From Chrysomallon squamiferum (Eukaryota > Animalia > Mollusca): a DNA stretch of 64,000 bases. Positions within the stretch are counted from its first letter, which is position 1. Each line of letters begins with the position of its first letter. The stretch lies in assembly GCA_012295275.1 (NCBI GenBank), contig CM022665.1:10602001-10666000 (forward strand), given 5' to 3'. The notes beneath the pieces are model-generated. The model saw nothing but the letters and a program-made list of their open reading frames with translations, did not search any database and was not told the DNA's origin. Below, piece by piece: positions 1-13,472 of the stretch. A program made the translations under genes and the position numbers.

Positions 1-395
1 TATTCATTTTTTTTTTTTTTTTTTTTTTTATTTATTATTATTATTGTATATTTGTTTTGTGGAGGTTTTTTGGTGTCTGTTTTTTTTTGTTTTTTTTGGT
101 TACGTTGTAAAACAATACACATATTTTTTAAAAAGAACAGCAAACAAACAAACAACATGCTGAATCATTTTGGCTTATATCTTTTTAATATAATGGCATT
201 TTATGATGGGGGTTTTATTTCAGTTATTGAGAAAGTAACATTAAAAAGAATATTGTAGTCCATGGTGCTTTTAATGTTATGAGAAAGAGTCAGATAAATA
301 GACAGGCAGACTGACTTATTTTATCTTTAGAGTGGTTTTTTAAAAATAAATTATTGCTGTTTTGTAATAAACTCATATTTCTGTAAACATCGCAC

Positions 396-506
396 AAACA
401 CACAAACACAAACACACACACATACAAATGTATACAAACACACACATGCACACACACACATACAAACACACACACACACAAACACACACACAAACACACA
501 CGCATA

Positions 507-539
<33 letters not shown>
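396..539. repeat. (CA)n compound microsatellite
   Basis: Directly visible; explains the MCVCVC ORFs. Confidence 0.95.
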
Positions 540-543
<4 letters not shown>

Positions 544-1039
544 TAGAGGATATGACAATGTACTGTGAAATTTCCAAGGATTCAAACATTTATAAAGGTT
601 AAGAATCTGTATTTAGAAAGATGCATATAAATGATAACAGTAGGCCATGGGCTGGCTGAACTGAGTTTCATCTCTCAGATATATTCATTATGCAAAAACA
701 ATATATGTTTGACATCTGACAAGATTTAACATTAAAATATGCTAAAGTGTCAGTAACTGTTCAGAATAAGATAAAACTGTAGCAGATTCACATGACAGAT
801 ATAACTAGCCAATACAATAACTGAGTGATCAAACTCTTTAAAAGGTAATAAAAGTCTTCTATTATTATTTTTTTATTATTATTCATAATTTTAGTTCATT
901 TTATTTGTTTATTTTTTTTTTTTTTTTTTTGATTAGAACCAAACTGTTAAAAATGTGATAAAAATCCTTGAAATTTTTTTTTATTATTATTATTATTTTC
1001 TAAATTTAATCATTTATTTCTATAAATTTTATAAATTTA

Positions 1040-1092
<53 letters not shown>
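1040..1092. repeat. (AAT)n microsatellite
   Basis: Directly visible. Confidence 0.95.
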
Positions 1093-1094
<2 letters not shown>

Positions 1095-1285
1095 TTAATA
1101 ATGATAAAAAAAATGTTATCATTATTACTGAATTATTAAATCTAACTTATTTAATTAAGCTTTTCTTTCAGTGTGTCTCTTGAAATAATCATAAAATAGG
1201 TACATACAAATTTAATTAAAAAAAAAATTAATTTAATTTTGAATTTGTTGGTATTTCACATTTACTATACATTTAGGTTATTCTC

Positions 1286-1389
1286 CTACAAAATCTGGCT
1301 ATTTACTGGATCTCTCATTACATATTTCAATATTAATCCTGATGGTCTATCAAATTCACTGAAAAATGACTTTCTGTCAACAAAGCTAT
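1286..1389 (-). CDS. Possible further exon of the PIGFE gene (internal or alternative terminal)
   Basis: Strong polypyrimidine acceptor (tattttgtttcttgtattctccag). Phase-1 reading gives DSFVDRKSFFSEFDRPSGLILKYVMRDPVNSQIL*, with internal GT donors available. No homology support. Confidence 0.3.
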
Positions 1390-2259
1390 CTGGAGAATAC
1401 AAGAAACAAAATACTGAGAATTTTAAAATCAACATAAAAAAAACAAAAAAAAAACAACAACACAATGTTCAAAAATACATTTTCATTTGTATTTCAACAC
1501 TAGCTCAGTCTCATAACATAACACTCTGACATATAAACTATTCCCATGCCGAGAATAAACATGTAATTTGATAACTGATATGAGTGCCAATATTTCAACC
1601 ACAAATGTCACATGTTGACAGAAATATCCATCAACACAACAGAATTGAAATGTTGGTATTGTTTTGCCTGATTATAATTATCACAGTTACCTGCTGATAT
1701 TTTTTCCTAGAATTAAAAATTTTTAAAAAAAAACTGGGTGTTTATTGCTTGTTTGTTTTTGTTTCTTTGTTTTCTGCTGAAGTTGTTTTTGTATCTAGTG
1801 AACTCTAGAAGTCATTATTATTGCTATTTTTTGTTGTTGTTGTTTTCTTTAAAGGTTTGATGTAATTTTGAGTGAAATTCAAATTTTAATTAATCCTTAT
1901 TAAATAATAATAATAATAATGTTAATAATATTTTAATGGCTATAACATTTTGTGTTAAAAAATATTTAGACAACTTATAATTTTTACCCTCTTCACACAC
2001 ACACACACACACACACAATGTGTAAATCTAAAAATAAAAGTTCTGAGCATGCCATTAACAGATACAAAATTCAGGAATATCAGATAATGTCACAGACAGG
2101 AAATCAAAATATTTAGCCATATTATACTACACATACAAATAAAACTCCGGGCATCTAAATAAAATGACTTTTTGTTACCTTTGGGGGATATTTTGTTTGT
2201 TTGTTTGCTTGTTTGTTTTTATTTATTTATTTATCTGTTTTTATTTATTTATTTATCTG

Positions 2260-2291
<32 letters not shown>

Positions 2292-3257
2292 TTTTTTTTT
2301 TTTACAAAGCCTTTAACAAAATTCCAAACACATTTAATATTATCAAACAACAGAAAAATGTATTTTGCACATGCCTGTCATCAGTAAACTCCAGTTGCAT
2401 TATTTTCATCCCGTGGGTAAAAATACAATCAAATTTGTAAAAGTAAATCATTTGACTGAAACACCAGACAGCCACTGTTCAATAATTTATTTTATCTTGA
2501 GATTTTTTATCAAGATTTAATCATTAACTTTCTTGTTTTATTGAAAGTATGAAGTTACAAATAGAAGATATCAAACCAGATTGACAAGATATAAATAAAT
2601 AATTTCATTCTTTTTTTATTCTTTTTTTTTCTGCTTATTAAGTAATCTGTTATTTCAATGTCATAAATGAATTCCAAATTAAAGACATATTACAACATTT
2701 AGAAAAAAGTTATTAATCTCAAATAAACTTAGTTTAGAAGGGTTTGAAAATTCTTGGTTGGATGCAATATCTAATTAAACTTATATTTTATCCACAGATG
2801 TCTTGTCTCTAAAAATGACAAATCCCTGTTCATGTAATACAACAGTATTGTCATTTAAGCAAAGATAAAAAAAAAAAAAAAAAAAAAAATTAATACTTGT
2901 CTTTGATTTCAGTCAGCCATTTCATCCATACACACAGATGTACAGTAAACATACACAGACTCAGATATATGTGATCACAAAATTACATACACACATACAT
3001 TTTAAATAAATCATTAAAATCTGACTTATTAAACATTACCATGAAATATAACCATGAATAATGGTATGTTCTTGTGACTACTGTTCTGTTACAGCCATTT
3101 CAAATACAAAGTAGTAACTGTTTCTAAGTAAATACTCATACATTTATTTAATCCCGTATAAAATACATTTCCCGTTTCATGAATTGAAGCTGTGGTGCAT
3201 TTTAAACAAATTACTGATTATGAGCTACGAATAACTGCGTTGTAAACAGAATGTTAC

Positions 3258-3469
3258 CTGCTGCTTCAAACCCAATGGGTGCTGGTGGTCCCTGTGTTTC
3301 CATGTCTGCAAATTCTCCTACAGGAGGATACAAATGTTCTGCTGGAGGAGGGGTAGGAGGTGCCGGGGCAACACCTAAAACAAAACAAAAAAGTGAAAAT
3401 ATAATAATTCTTACATAACACACACACACAAGCATGAGGGGGTTTGTTGTAATAAATATGTGTGTACAG

Positions 3470-3516
<47 letters not shown>

Positions 3517-4451
3517 GTGTATATGTATGTATGTATGTGTGTGTGTATATGTATGTATGTATGTATGTATGTGTACATACACACACATACGGTATGTATA
3601 TATGTATGTATATGTATGTGTATGTTATATGTGTATATCACTGCATGTATATAACTTTTGTTTGTATGTGTATCTGTGTCTATCACAGTTTTTATTTTAA
3701 AATTAAAAATTGAATACAGTTATGTCTTACTGAATACTGAAAAAAATGCTAACATTCATTTTATATAAAAATAATGTTGAAAACAAATCATTAAAGATCA
3801 TTTCTTTCATATACAAAATGTCACAGTATGTGTGTCAGCCATTTTTCTTTTTAAACCCTGTTGGATGTTACACCCAATTTAGTAATGCCTGTAAACAAAA
3901 GATAACACTATGAAATGACTAAAACATTATAAAAAGAGACAGTTGATTGCAATTAATTAAAATTACCTATTTCAGTAAAAATGTTATTATAATATATATA
4001 TATGTCTATGTATATATAGAATAAGTTAGACTTACAATTCTTTATTTTCATGCCAGGTTAAAGTAGAAGATCTAATAATATTGATTACATTTTATGTAAA
4101 CGTAATTGTATAAATGTTGTTTTGCTAGGCAACGTTATCTCAACATTTAGATAAAAAAAAAAAAAATGCTATGTAATAAATTGAGACATTTTGGTTTGAT
4201 AATGGGTTTGTGTTAGCAACACTCTTATCCAGATATGAGACACCATGCACCACATCCAAAGTGTAAGAACACTTTTGTCTGTGTATTTGTACATGTATAT
4301 AGAAAGATAGATTAGTACGAACAAACACACACACACACACACAACATACATACATTTATATATATATATACACATTCATATATATATAAATATATATATA
4401 TATATATGGTTGCATACATACATTTAGATTTATATATGTATATATGCACAC

Positions 4452-4502
<51 letters not shown>

Positions 4503-5261
4503 ACATTTATATTTATATATGTATATATATATATATATATGCATACACATTTAGATTTGTGTGTGTGTGTAATAAATATATAATACACACGTATACACAC
4601 ACACACACACACAAAAACATAAAAAGGTTATATATACATATGCACACACACACATGTGTGTATGTGCAGTTAATTGTTGCAAACACATATAAATAAAAAC
4701 AGAAACAAAAGTAAAAACAAGTATATACTAACTGTGTTGGGTTTTTTTTTTTGGTTTGTTTTCTTTGTTAAATCCTCTACCCAGACTGACACAGATTTCA
4801 CTTGGTGTACTTATCAAGTTGTTCTACTAGCCTGAAAATGCATCCAGCAGAGTAATCTATCCATAAACCAATGACTTTACTACTTGTGACTTACCTATTC
4901 ATGTGGGGATTCTTTTAACAGTGTATCAATTGACCTACATTACGATTTCAAATAATACTTATATATAGTACTCTATTATTATATGTAACAATAATAATGA
5001 ATACATGTGTAATGAAATCTAGATAGCTCTAGAGACAGATATGTATTGGGCAATGTTTAATCACGTACAGTTTAGTTATGTTTTTGTCAACTGTACAAAA
5101 CACTCTGCATGGAGAAAAATCTATGTTATCTTTGCTAGCAATAGAGGGTGTGGCTTTTGTACCCTAGTATTTATAGAGCAGCCAGTAAAACTGGTTCATT
5201 GTTCAGTATCAAACTTGAATTTCCACTCAAAATATAGTTTTGGAGTACCACAAACCTCAAT

Positions 5262-5292
<31 letters not shown>

Positions 5293-5505
5293 TTAAATAA
5301 ATTTAAAAAACTAAATAAATAAATTAATTAATTAAATAAATTTTAAAAACTAAATAAATAAATAAATAAATAATATATATATTGGCATATTATTTATTTA
5401 TTTATTTATTTATATATTTTTTTAAGTTATTTAATTTATATATATATATATATATACATAAAATACTACTAATAATAGATGAATCATAATGTTACAAAAA
5501 AAAAA

Positions 5506-5545
<40 letters not shown>

Positions 5546-5696
5546 AAAACAAATAAATTCAACACAGGCTAGATTTTTTTATCATGCTTACCAACATATC
5601 TTGATAAACATTTACATGGCATGATTCACACATTGCAAGCAAAAAAAAATTATTATTATATTACAGCATTTATAAATTCAAAAAACATAAATAATA

Positions 5697-5742
<46 letters not shown>

Positions 5743-8132
5743 ATAAATAATAATAATAATAATAAATGAATCACAATGTTTAAAAAAATAAAAATAAAAA
5801 AATAAATAAATATGTAAAACAAATAAATTAAACACAAGCTAGATTTTTCTACATGCTTACCAACACATCTTGATAAACATTTACACGGCATGGTTCAAAC
5901 ATTGCAAGCAAAAAAAAAAGAATTATTATATTGCAGCATTTATATATATTATCAGAAGTTTGCTTAACAATGCATACAAAAATACCTCTATGCCCAAATA
6001 CATAAGGTCAGTCTTCTTTTCAAGAGACCAGCATTGTTAATAATTTGCTAACATGATTTGAGAAGCATAATTGACTGTGAATAAAAAAGAAAAAAGCCTT
6101 AGAAGTTATAGAAAGCCACGAAGATTCATATGATTGCTCTAAATAAAGACTGCTAGAAAGCATTATCATCAAAAAAGATATCAATACGTTATGTTATTTA
6201 TGTCACTGTGAAACACACAGTGAATCAAACAACAACAAGACTGGAAATATATGTATATATGCTCATGTTCTCTCTCCTTCTCTCTCTATTTTTTTCTGTT
6301 GCTCTGACTCACATTCTCTGTATGAGTTTGTCTATGTTTGGAAATAGTTTATCATTTATGGATGAAATAAGAAAAATCATAGCAAAGAAGTAGTTACACA
6401 ATATCATTTTAAATCTGCTTGTTTTAATAAAATAATGACAATAATAATAATATTCTGACATCGGTACAAACGTCAGCAGTACATGGGAACATGTGAATGG
6501 TATAGCCTATATAACACAGTCTGTCTAATTACAGCTGAATAAATATGACTTTTACAATTATTTGTTTTATTATTTATATTAAGCAAAGTTTTCTTCTTCT
6601 TCTCTATTTTTTTTTCCTTTCTTTTTTAAATTAAGATCTAATACCAAAAACTTCAGACAAATACAATAAGACATAAAATATTTATCTGAAGATGAAAAGC
6701 AGCAACGTGGCAAAAGAACAAAATATATTTTCAGAGAAAGTATGACAATTTTGCACATGATCTGTACTGTTCCTTGAATTAATAACCAGAAAAAAAAGAA
6801 GAAAAAAAACATTCTACAATACACAATCAGAATATATTTTTTATTTTTATTTTTTTTAAATACATAGGGAGATTACTGGGGGGAAAAAAAAAAAAAAATG
6901 ATAAGTAATAAAGGGATAAGTAATAACTAATATCAGAAATAAATGCACTAACCTAATTTTTATGTTATCTTTCAACAGTGCAGTAACTGAGTCTTGCATA
7001 TTTTAACAAGTCATATGACAATAAATTTGGACAATACTCAAAATTTATTTATCATGCTCATGTATTTATTCAGCAGTTTTTAACTAGTTCTTGTTATATG
7101 TGCAAGGGATTATTACACAGAAGTCACAGTGATCTTAGATATTAATAAAACTGCTATAATGAGATACAGAACAATAAATTTATTTTCTCAATTAAAAATA
7201 AGGTGTCCTAAAAAAACAAAAACAAAAAAACATTACAGTCATAAACACTGAAATACATTTTTTTTTTTTAAAAGAAGAAAAAGAAACAGGTGAGGAGAGA
7301 AACAAAAAGAGTGTATTTTTAACATTTTACCTTACCACCTGATGACCATGTTTAGCCTAAGCATATAAATATAACTTCATTAAAATGAATGTATCTGCAC
7401 TCTAAACTAAGAGAAGTATATACATGAATTTTTTTCTATAAGTTATTAAAGTAAATAATAGAAAATAAATGATGTGAACACTGGAAATACCTGTAACCAC
7501 TTACAAAAGAGAGATAAAAATAGATGTTAAGATTTTCTTTCTTCATATATGCTGAAAAAGAGGGCTGGGTAAATGATGTTAAACAGGTTTTTGTAGTATG
7601 ATGTGAGAATAACAATGTAAGGAATAGCTGACAATATTTTCTTTAATAATAATAATAAATTTAGAAAAATAATAATAAAATTAAATTAAATTAAATTAAA
7701 TTAAATTAAATTTTTAAAATATATTAAAATTAAAATTATAAAAAAAAAAAAAATTTAAAAAAAAAAAAAATTAGGATTTGGTAAATAAAAACGCAGTTAC
7801 AAATGTATTTCTATTTTATGAGGTTTTGTAAAAAGTGAAATTTTTTTTTAACAATATCACCATTGTCATCGCATGTTTCTAACCACATATTCACACCAAT
7901 TTTAAACCAAATAATGTTTTCTTTAACTATATTTCTTCTTGAAGGTTATAGTCATAATCATGATAAGACCAATCCCTTTTCTGATATCTTTGATAACCTC
8001 TGAACTAATAAAAATACATGAAATATGCATGACGGAATAAAAAGGCACAAATTAACTCATTTTCTTAAAGATTTTATTTGTTTTTTCTTTAAAACTAGAA
8101 TGTGTGTCTTTTTGCAAAATTAATATATAAAT

Positions 8133-8182
<50 letters not shown>

Positions 8183-11100
8183 TATTGTCAAATAACTGGA
8201 CAATAATTTAGGTCACTCAACTAGAAGTTAGAACTGTACTTTTATATTTCCATTTCCTTAATACAGTATAATGCACCAATACTTATGAATTATTTATTTG
8301 TCCTAATTACTTATTTTGTAAATGTTATATGTATATAAAAGTTTTAATGAGAAAGATATTGGGCAGTAGAATGTTAATCCATTTGTGATTCAGATATGAT
8401 GAACATCAGTGAATTTAAACTGCAATGATGTGGAAGTTTCATTTTATTATTAACAAACCCATTTACTTTTCTGAATTTTGATTTATGTTGTTTTTCCATA
8501 ACAATTTGTGAGGTTTTGTGGGGTTTTTGTTTGTTTTGTTTCTTTTAAAATTAATTATTGCCTAAATTTATTTAGTAAAATAAAACAAAACAAAACAACA
8601 TAAAATAAAATAAAATTAAATTAAATTAAATTAAATTAAATTAAATTAAATTAAATTAAATTAAATTAAATTAAAATAAAATAATTTTTTATACCAAAGA
8701 TTTTCAAAATGAATGAAATACAAAAAACTTTAAACAAACAAAAAAGACAATAAATTTTAAAATTTTTCCAATGTTTTGTTAACACCGGTACAATAAAATG
8801 GAATATTTTTACTAAATCTTACAATCTGTGAAAGTAAACTGATTTTAGCAGCACATCTTTACCTGGACTATTGATTGTATAAACAAGATAAGCCAAACTG
8901 TGATGATTTTATGTTTACACAGTGTACACAAGACTAATCAATACAGTTTCAAGATCACATTGCCTGTATAAAACATACATGCACATGCACACAAAGACAC
9001 ACACAAACACTTAAGTGTTCTTATGTCTGTGTGTGTGGGTGTTAGTGTTATGAAGCTGCCATGATCAGTGAAAACAAATGCATAACAATTAAAACCATTT
9101 ATAAAAAATGGGAAAACTGAAAAAACATCCTCTTTGATTTTGTTTGGGTGGTGTGTTTTAAAGTATGCCGCAGAGGCAAAGATGTGAGGTACAAGGTTTA
9201 CATTGACAAGTGATGGTTTATTCTGAGAGGTGTGGTTTATAATGAAAAGTGTATGTTATTGTGTACACTTCACATGAATTCAAGGGCAACATGACACATA
9301 AGCGTGACCAAATTAACTGAAAAAAAGCTTCTGAACTCCATGGTGGGATTGGAAAGTTTTGATGACAGATTCTCTCACTAACAGTTTTATAGCCTGACAC
9401 TGTGACTGGGTGCAATCTATCAAATAAAATTATTAATTAGTTATTTTGCAAAATATATAAAATGTCTAAAACAATGGTTAAAGCATCATTATATTAACAC
9501 TGTGTAGACTGTATGGTTAATGATTGTGTAATATGAAGATGTATCTATTGTGTATATGCATGAATATGTTTTGTGTTATGTTGGGTATCTATTTATTATT
9601 TGTTATTTTTAAAACTGATGTGTTGTTGGAAATGTGGCAAGATTATGAAATTATAAGAACCAGTCTGTATGAACCAGTGCAAACTGGCTGAATGCCACCA
9701 CTGCCTGAGCTACTAAAACTGGTATCTTGACATATTCAATAATGTTACAAAATCACTTCCCTTTTTAAAAACCCTTGCAGAAGCAATTAAATACTTCTTT
9801 TTCATTGTCCCTGATTATTTTATTTATTTTAAAATTTCAAATTAATAACTGATAATGATGTTAAAAAACTAATAATTTAGATAAAACAAATATATACTTC
9901 ATGTACAGGAAAATGTTTATAAAACACTATATAACAAAGAAGTTTATATATTGCTTTTTGATCATTTCAGTGCATTAAACATAATGAATGTATGTGTATC
10001 TGTGCTTTTTTTTTTTTTTCCAATCTTATCAGTACATTTTATATACATAAGACATACTTATAACGTTAAACATATTTTTAAAAAGCAAGATATTTAAGTT
10101 AGTGCCTTTTTTTTTTCACATACACTACAGGAGGTCTTTGAAGATTAGAATCATAAGGAAATAGCCATTCTTGCAGATTCAGTGTACATATATATCTACA
10201 GCAATATAAAATATGTCTAGATAATGTTCTAGCTGGAAACTGATATCAGAAGGAGGTCAATGCTGAATTTAACAGACTGCATCTAAACAGATGTCATTTG
10301 CATGCAGTCAGAATGCAAGATTTCTAGAACACATTGATAAAATCTCTGATAAGAGCCAAACTCAGTGACCGCTTCTGAATATTCTGCAGACACTGGTTAT
10401 CTTAATCCCAAGTGTATTTCAGTTTCCACAAAAAAGGCCATAAATGAAGGGCAATAAAAGTGGTTATTCTGCATTGAAAACTGTGCATAACATGAAGATA
10501 TGCTTTAATATATAATGACTTATCACAGAAAGTAACTAAAAGTCTCAGTGACCGATTAACTATATCTCTACACATTTTTCAGTAAAAATGTTATTATAAA
10601 CATATTGTATTAAGGCATAGCTTTTATATAGAGATGATGTGAGAAAGAAAATTTTATTTTATTAAACCATGGGTTACTCTCATAAGAAACAACATTTTTG
10701 TATATAAATCTTCCTATAGACAACATATATAAAAAATATGTAACAATGGTATGATAAACAAGGGAATCTGTCTAGAATGGGGTATGTATGAATACTTAAC
10801 AATACAGAGAGAATCTTGGTTAATACAACAAAATGGTAAGTGAGTACAAATCTAAAAATCCAGTGAACAAAAATATATCTCTGTGTTTGTGCACAGGTGT
10901 GTAATAATTAATATCATATTGAATATAAATCTTGTTAGAAAAGCATATTTAAAACAAAAATCACTCTAGTTATTACCTCTGGTTTGACTGAATAAAGAAT
11001 AGAATACATAACTACAGTAACATTTTAAAAGAAATTTATATATATTATTTTACTGGGTTTTTCAAAACTTTTCTCATACATACTACACTCAAAAGACAGT

Positions 11101-13472
11101 GATAAGAAGAACACACACAAACATACACACACATACACAAACACACATACACAAACACACACACACACACAAATCACCAATAATTAGAAAAATAGTCTAA
11201 ATCACTGGTTTTCAACCTTTTAATACGTTACCACTTATGAGCAACTCAATATGACCGATGACTCCTTTTATTCATTAATATCTAGGGTTACTGTATTTTC
11301 ATCAACCAAAGACAGTACAAAAGGAATCTATATTCACTATAATGGGTCCCAAACCTATCTATACATTTTCATTTATTCCTCCTTCCAAGTCAAGTTCAAA
11401 AAAAGCTAAAACATACCCTCGCTCAAGAACAATCTCGTGACCCCCAGAAAAAAACCTATGGTCTAAATGCTGTTTTATTACAGAAAAAAATATTACATTT
11501 AATCTTTGGACATTTCTGGGTGGCTACATACATTATACTGAAGCTGAACATTACATCAAATATAATAATATTTGGGTGGACATGATGCAATGTTCATATT
11601 AGATATAAGATATGTAGCCACCCTCAAGATTAAAGGTAATGTTCTGTCAATAAAAACCCAGTATCTAGACTATCTTTCAAATTACTCATCACTTTGTTTA
11701 AAAAGTACAAAGTTTGATAGATTATTTAATACTCTTGGAAATAAATAAATAAATAAAATCAATGGTGAGATTTTCTGTTGAATTTTATTAAATTTGTTTC
11801 AGTTAACTAAACAGGAACAATACTCTTTGTTCAGCTTATTCTAAAATAACTTCATACTAAGAAATTATGATTTAATTAATAGTATAAAACTATGTCCTGA
11901 AGAAAATTAATTTCACATTTTAAAAACTTGTTTGTATAGCATGACTGATTAAGTGGTTCAGAGACAAGGAATCATTCTTTTTATTGCTGCTATTGTAATT
12001 GGATATGAAATGTTATACACAAAAATGTCATCTACTGCTGTTAATAACAAAATAATTAGCAGTAAATTAAACTAAAGGATGTAATTAACATAATTAAATG
12101 ACATACTAGTGTATTGTCTGTATTTTGTAACAATTTACTGCTACTGGTAAAAGCAAAAGACTTAAATGCATTATATGAAATGCTTTTTTTTTTTAATAGT
12201 TTACACACTAAACAAAAATACATTTAATTTTCTTTCAGTCTGCTTAATTATATCATGACACCTGTGATAACAAATTTACTTTAGCACTTCTGAACTCTAT
12301 TTCTTAGGACAGAAATGAGTTATGAGATTCAGTGAGCTATTTTTCCCTTCTAAATATTACTCTGTAATTAGTTTATCAAATGATAATTTTAATTAGTCAT
12401 ATATACTATAAAAAAAAAAAAAATAATAATTTAAAAAAATACTTATGATTATGAAGCAAAAATATTCATAATTTTAATTGTTGTTACTGTTGTTATTGTT
12501 GTAATCAAGTTAACTAAATTTGTCATTTAATCTCTTCAATGATAATGTGAATACTATCACATAACATCAGAAATTTTAACTATGGAAGATGTACAAAATA
12601 CCTAGCATTATTGGACTGATCAAAATATTCTAAAATACTTTAAAACAGTCACTACACCTATAGCAGAAGTCAAAACTGTGACTGCAAAAATTACTGAAAG
12701 CATTAATGTAATTTTGACAACACGTACAAATTTTGTTCTGTAAATACATTCATATTAAATGCCTGGTAATGTTAAATATTTGCTTCATTCATTAACAAAA
12801 TCATATTAATAAAAAAAAAAATAAAATTATCATTAGAATTTTCTTTCAGATATGGACAAATAACCTGATTTGATATTATGGACAAATAAACTGATTTGAT
12901 TTTACAATCAGAAAACAGCCATACATACTGATTTTTCAGAGAACAAGCATACCACTAAACTATTGATTTAAATATAAAATTCTGCCAAATGTAAACTTAT
13001 GGAGAATATCAGTGCTACATGGATTATTTTATAAATAACTGCCAAACTTCCAGAAAAGTGGTGCAAGTGAAACACAAAGAATTGAACACTTCTAAAGTGA
13101 TAATATCCCACCTTTACGTCATCTTTTACATCAGCAGTTAAATACAGTGGGGGAGGGGGGAATCAAGACAGCCTACTAAAAAATGTAAAAGCTACAACTG
13201 TCACATTTTTATATAAAATAATGAAAACTAAGATTCATAAATTCATTTCAAGAAATTGTTGTTATTAAAACAATGTGTTGTGGTGACATCATTTATTCAT
13301 TTTTATTCATAATATTTTTCTTAATGTTTAAAGACTTACCATTAACATCTGCCTGTATGTTCTGCATTTCAAACCCTATTGGGTTGGGGTTGGGGTTGTT
13401 GGTTTCGGATACAGGTGCCCCAACTGATATTGTTGACACATAGGTCCCAGCTGTACAAGCAGATTTATCCAT
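3258..13472 (-). CDS. Unidentified gene, N-terminal coding exons (Pro-rich, two PIGFE motifs); probably continues toward or beyond the window start
   Basis: Exon 13481-13340 has acceptor tttcag, ATG at 13472 and donor g|gtaagt (phase 1); it encodes [44 protein letters not shown]. Exon 3374-3258 (117 nt, tttag|...|gtaac, phase 1-1) encodes [39 protein letters not shown]. Phases are compatible and both exons are GC-rich islands in AT-rich DNA. Family not recognised. Confidence 0.7.
3455..3650. repeat. (TA)n/(GTAT)n compound microsatellite
   Basis: Directly visible. Confidence 0.9.
4320..4665. repeat. (TA)n/(CA)n compound microsatellite
   Basis: Directly visible. Confidence 0.9.
5440..5944. 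repeat. Diverged tandem duplication, unit ~270-290 bp
   Basis: The complex core aacacaRgctagattttt...catgcttaccaaca...cttgataaacatttaca...cattgcaagc...cagcatttata occurs at 5561-5674 and 5831-5944, each preceded by gaatcaYaatgtt. Confidence 0.9.
8612..8678. repeat. (TTAAA)n pentanucleotide repeat (a second array lies at ~7680-7712)
   Basis: Directly visible. Confidence 0.9.
11203..11460. mobile_element. Non-autonomous hAT (Charlie-type) MITE, 258 bp
   Basis: Perfect 8-bp direct repeat gtctaaat at 11195-11202 and 11461-11468 (NTCTARAN-like Charlie target site). Left end cactggttttcaacctttt resembles Charlie TIRs. Right end has subterminal cgtgacccccag and a degenerate TIR aaaaacctatg. Confidence 0.75.

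Noticed and set aside
290-4696. Many 60-125 aa ORFs rich in CV, YI, HT or poly-I/Y
   Set aside because: Translations of CA/TA/GTAT/ATT microsatellites; only the 3258-3374 segment is exon-like.
9218-9415. GC-richer 65-aa minus-strand ORF in the PIGFE gene intron
   Set aside because: No recognisable motif and no phase-compatible splice sites found.
10977-10987. AG...GT-bounded 11-nt candidate micro-exon (similar candidates near 4895-4935 and 8862-8896)
   Set aside because: Not frame-preserving or stop-containing; such matches are expected by chance in a 10-kb intron.
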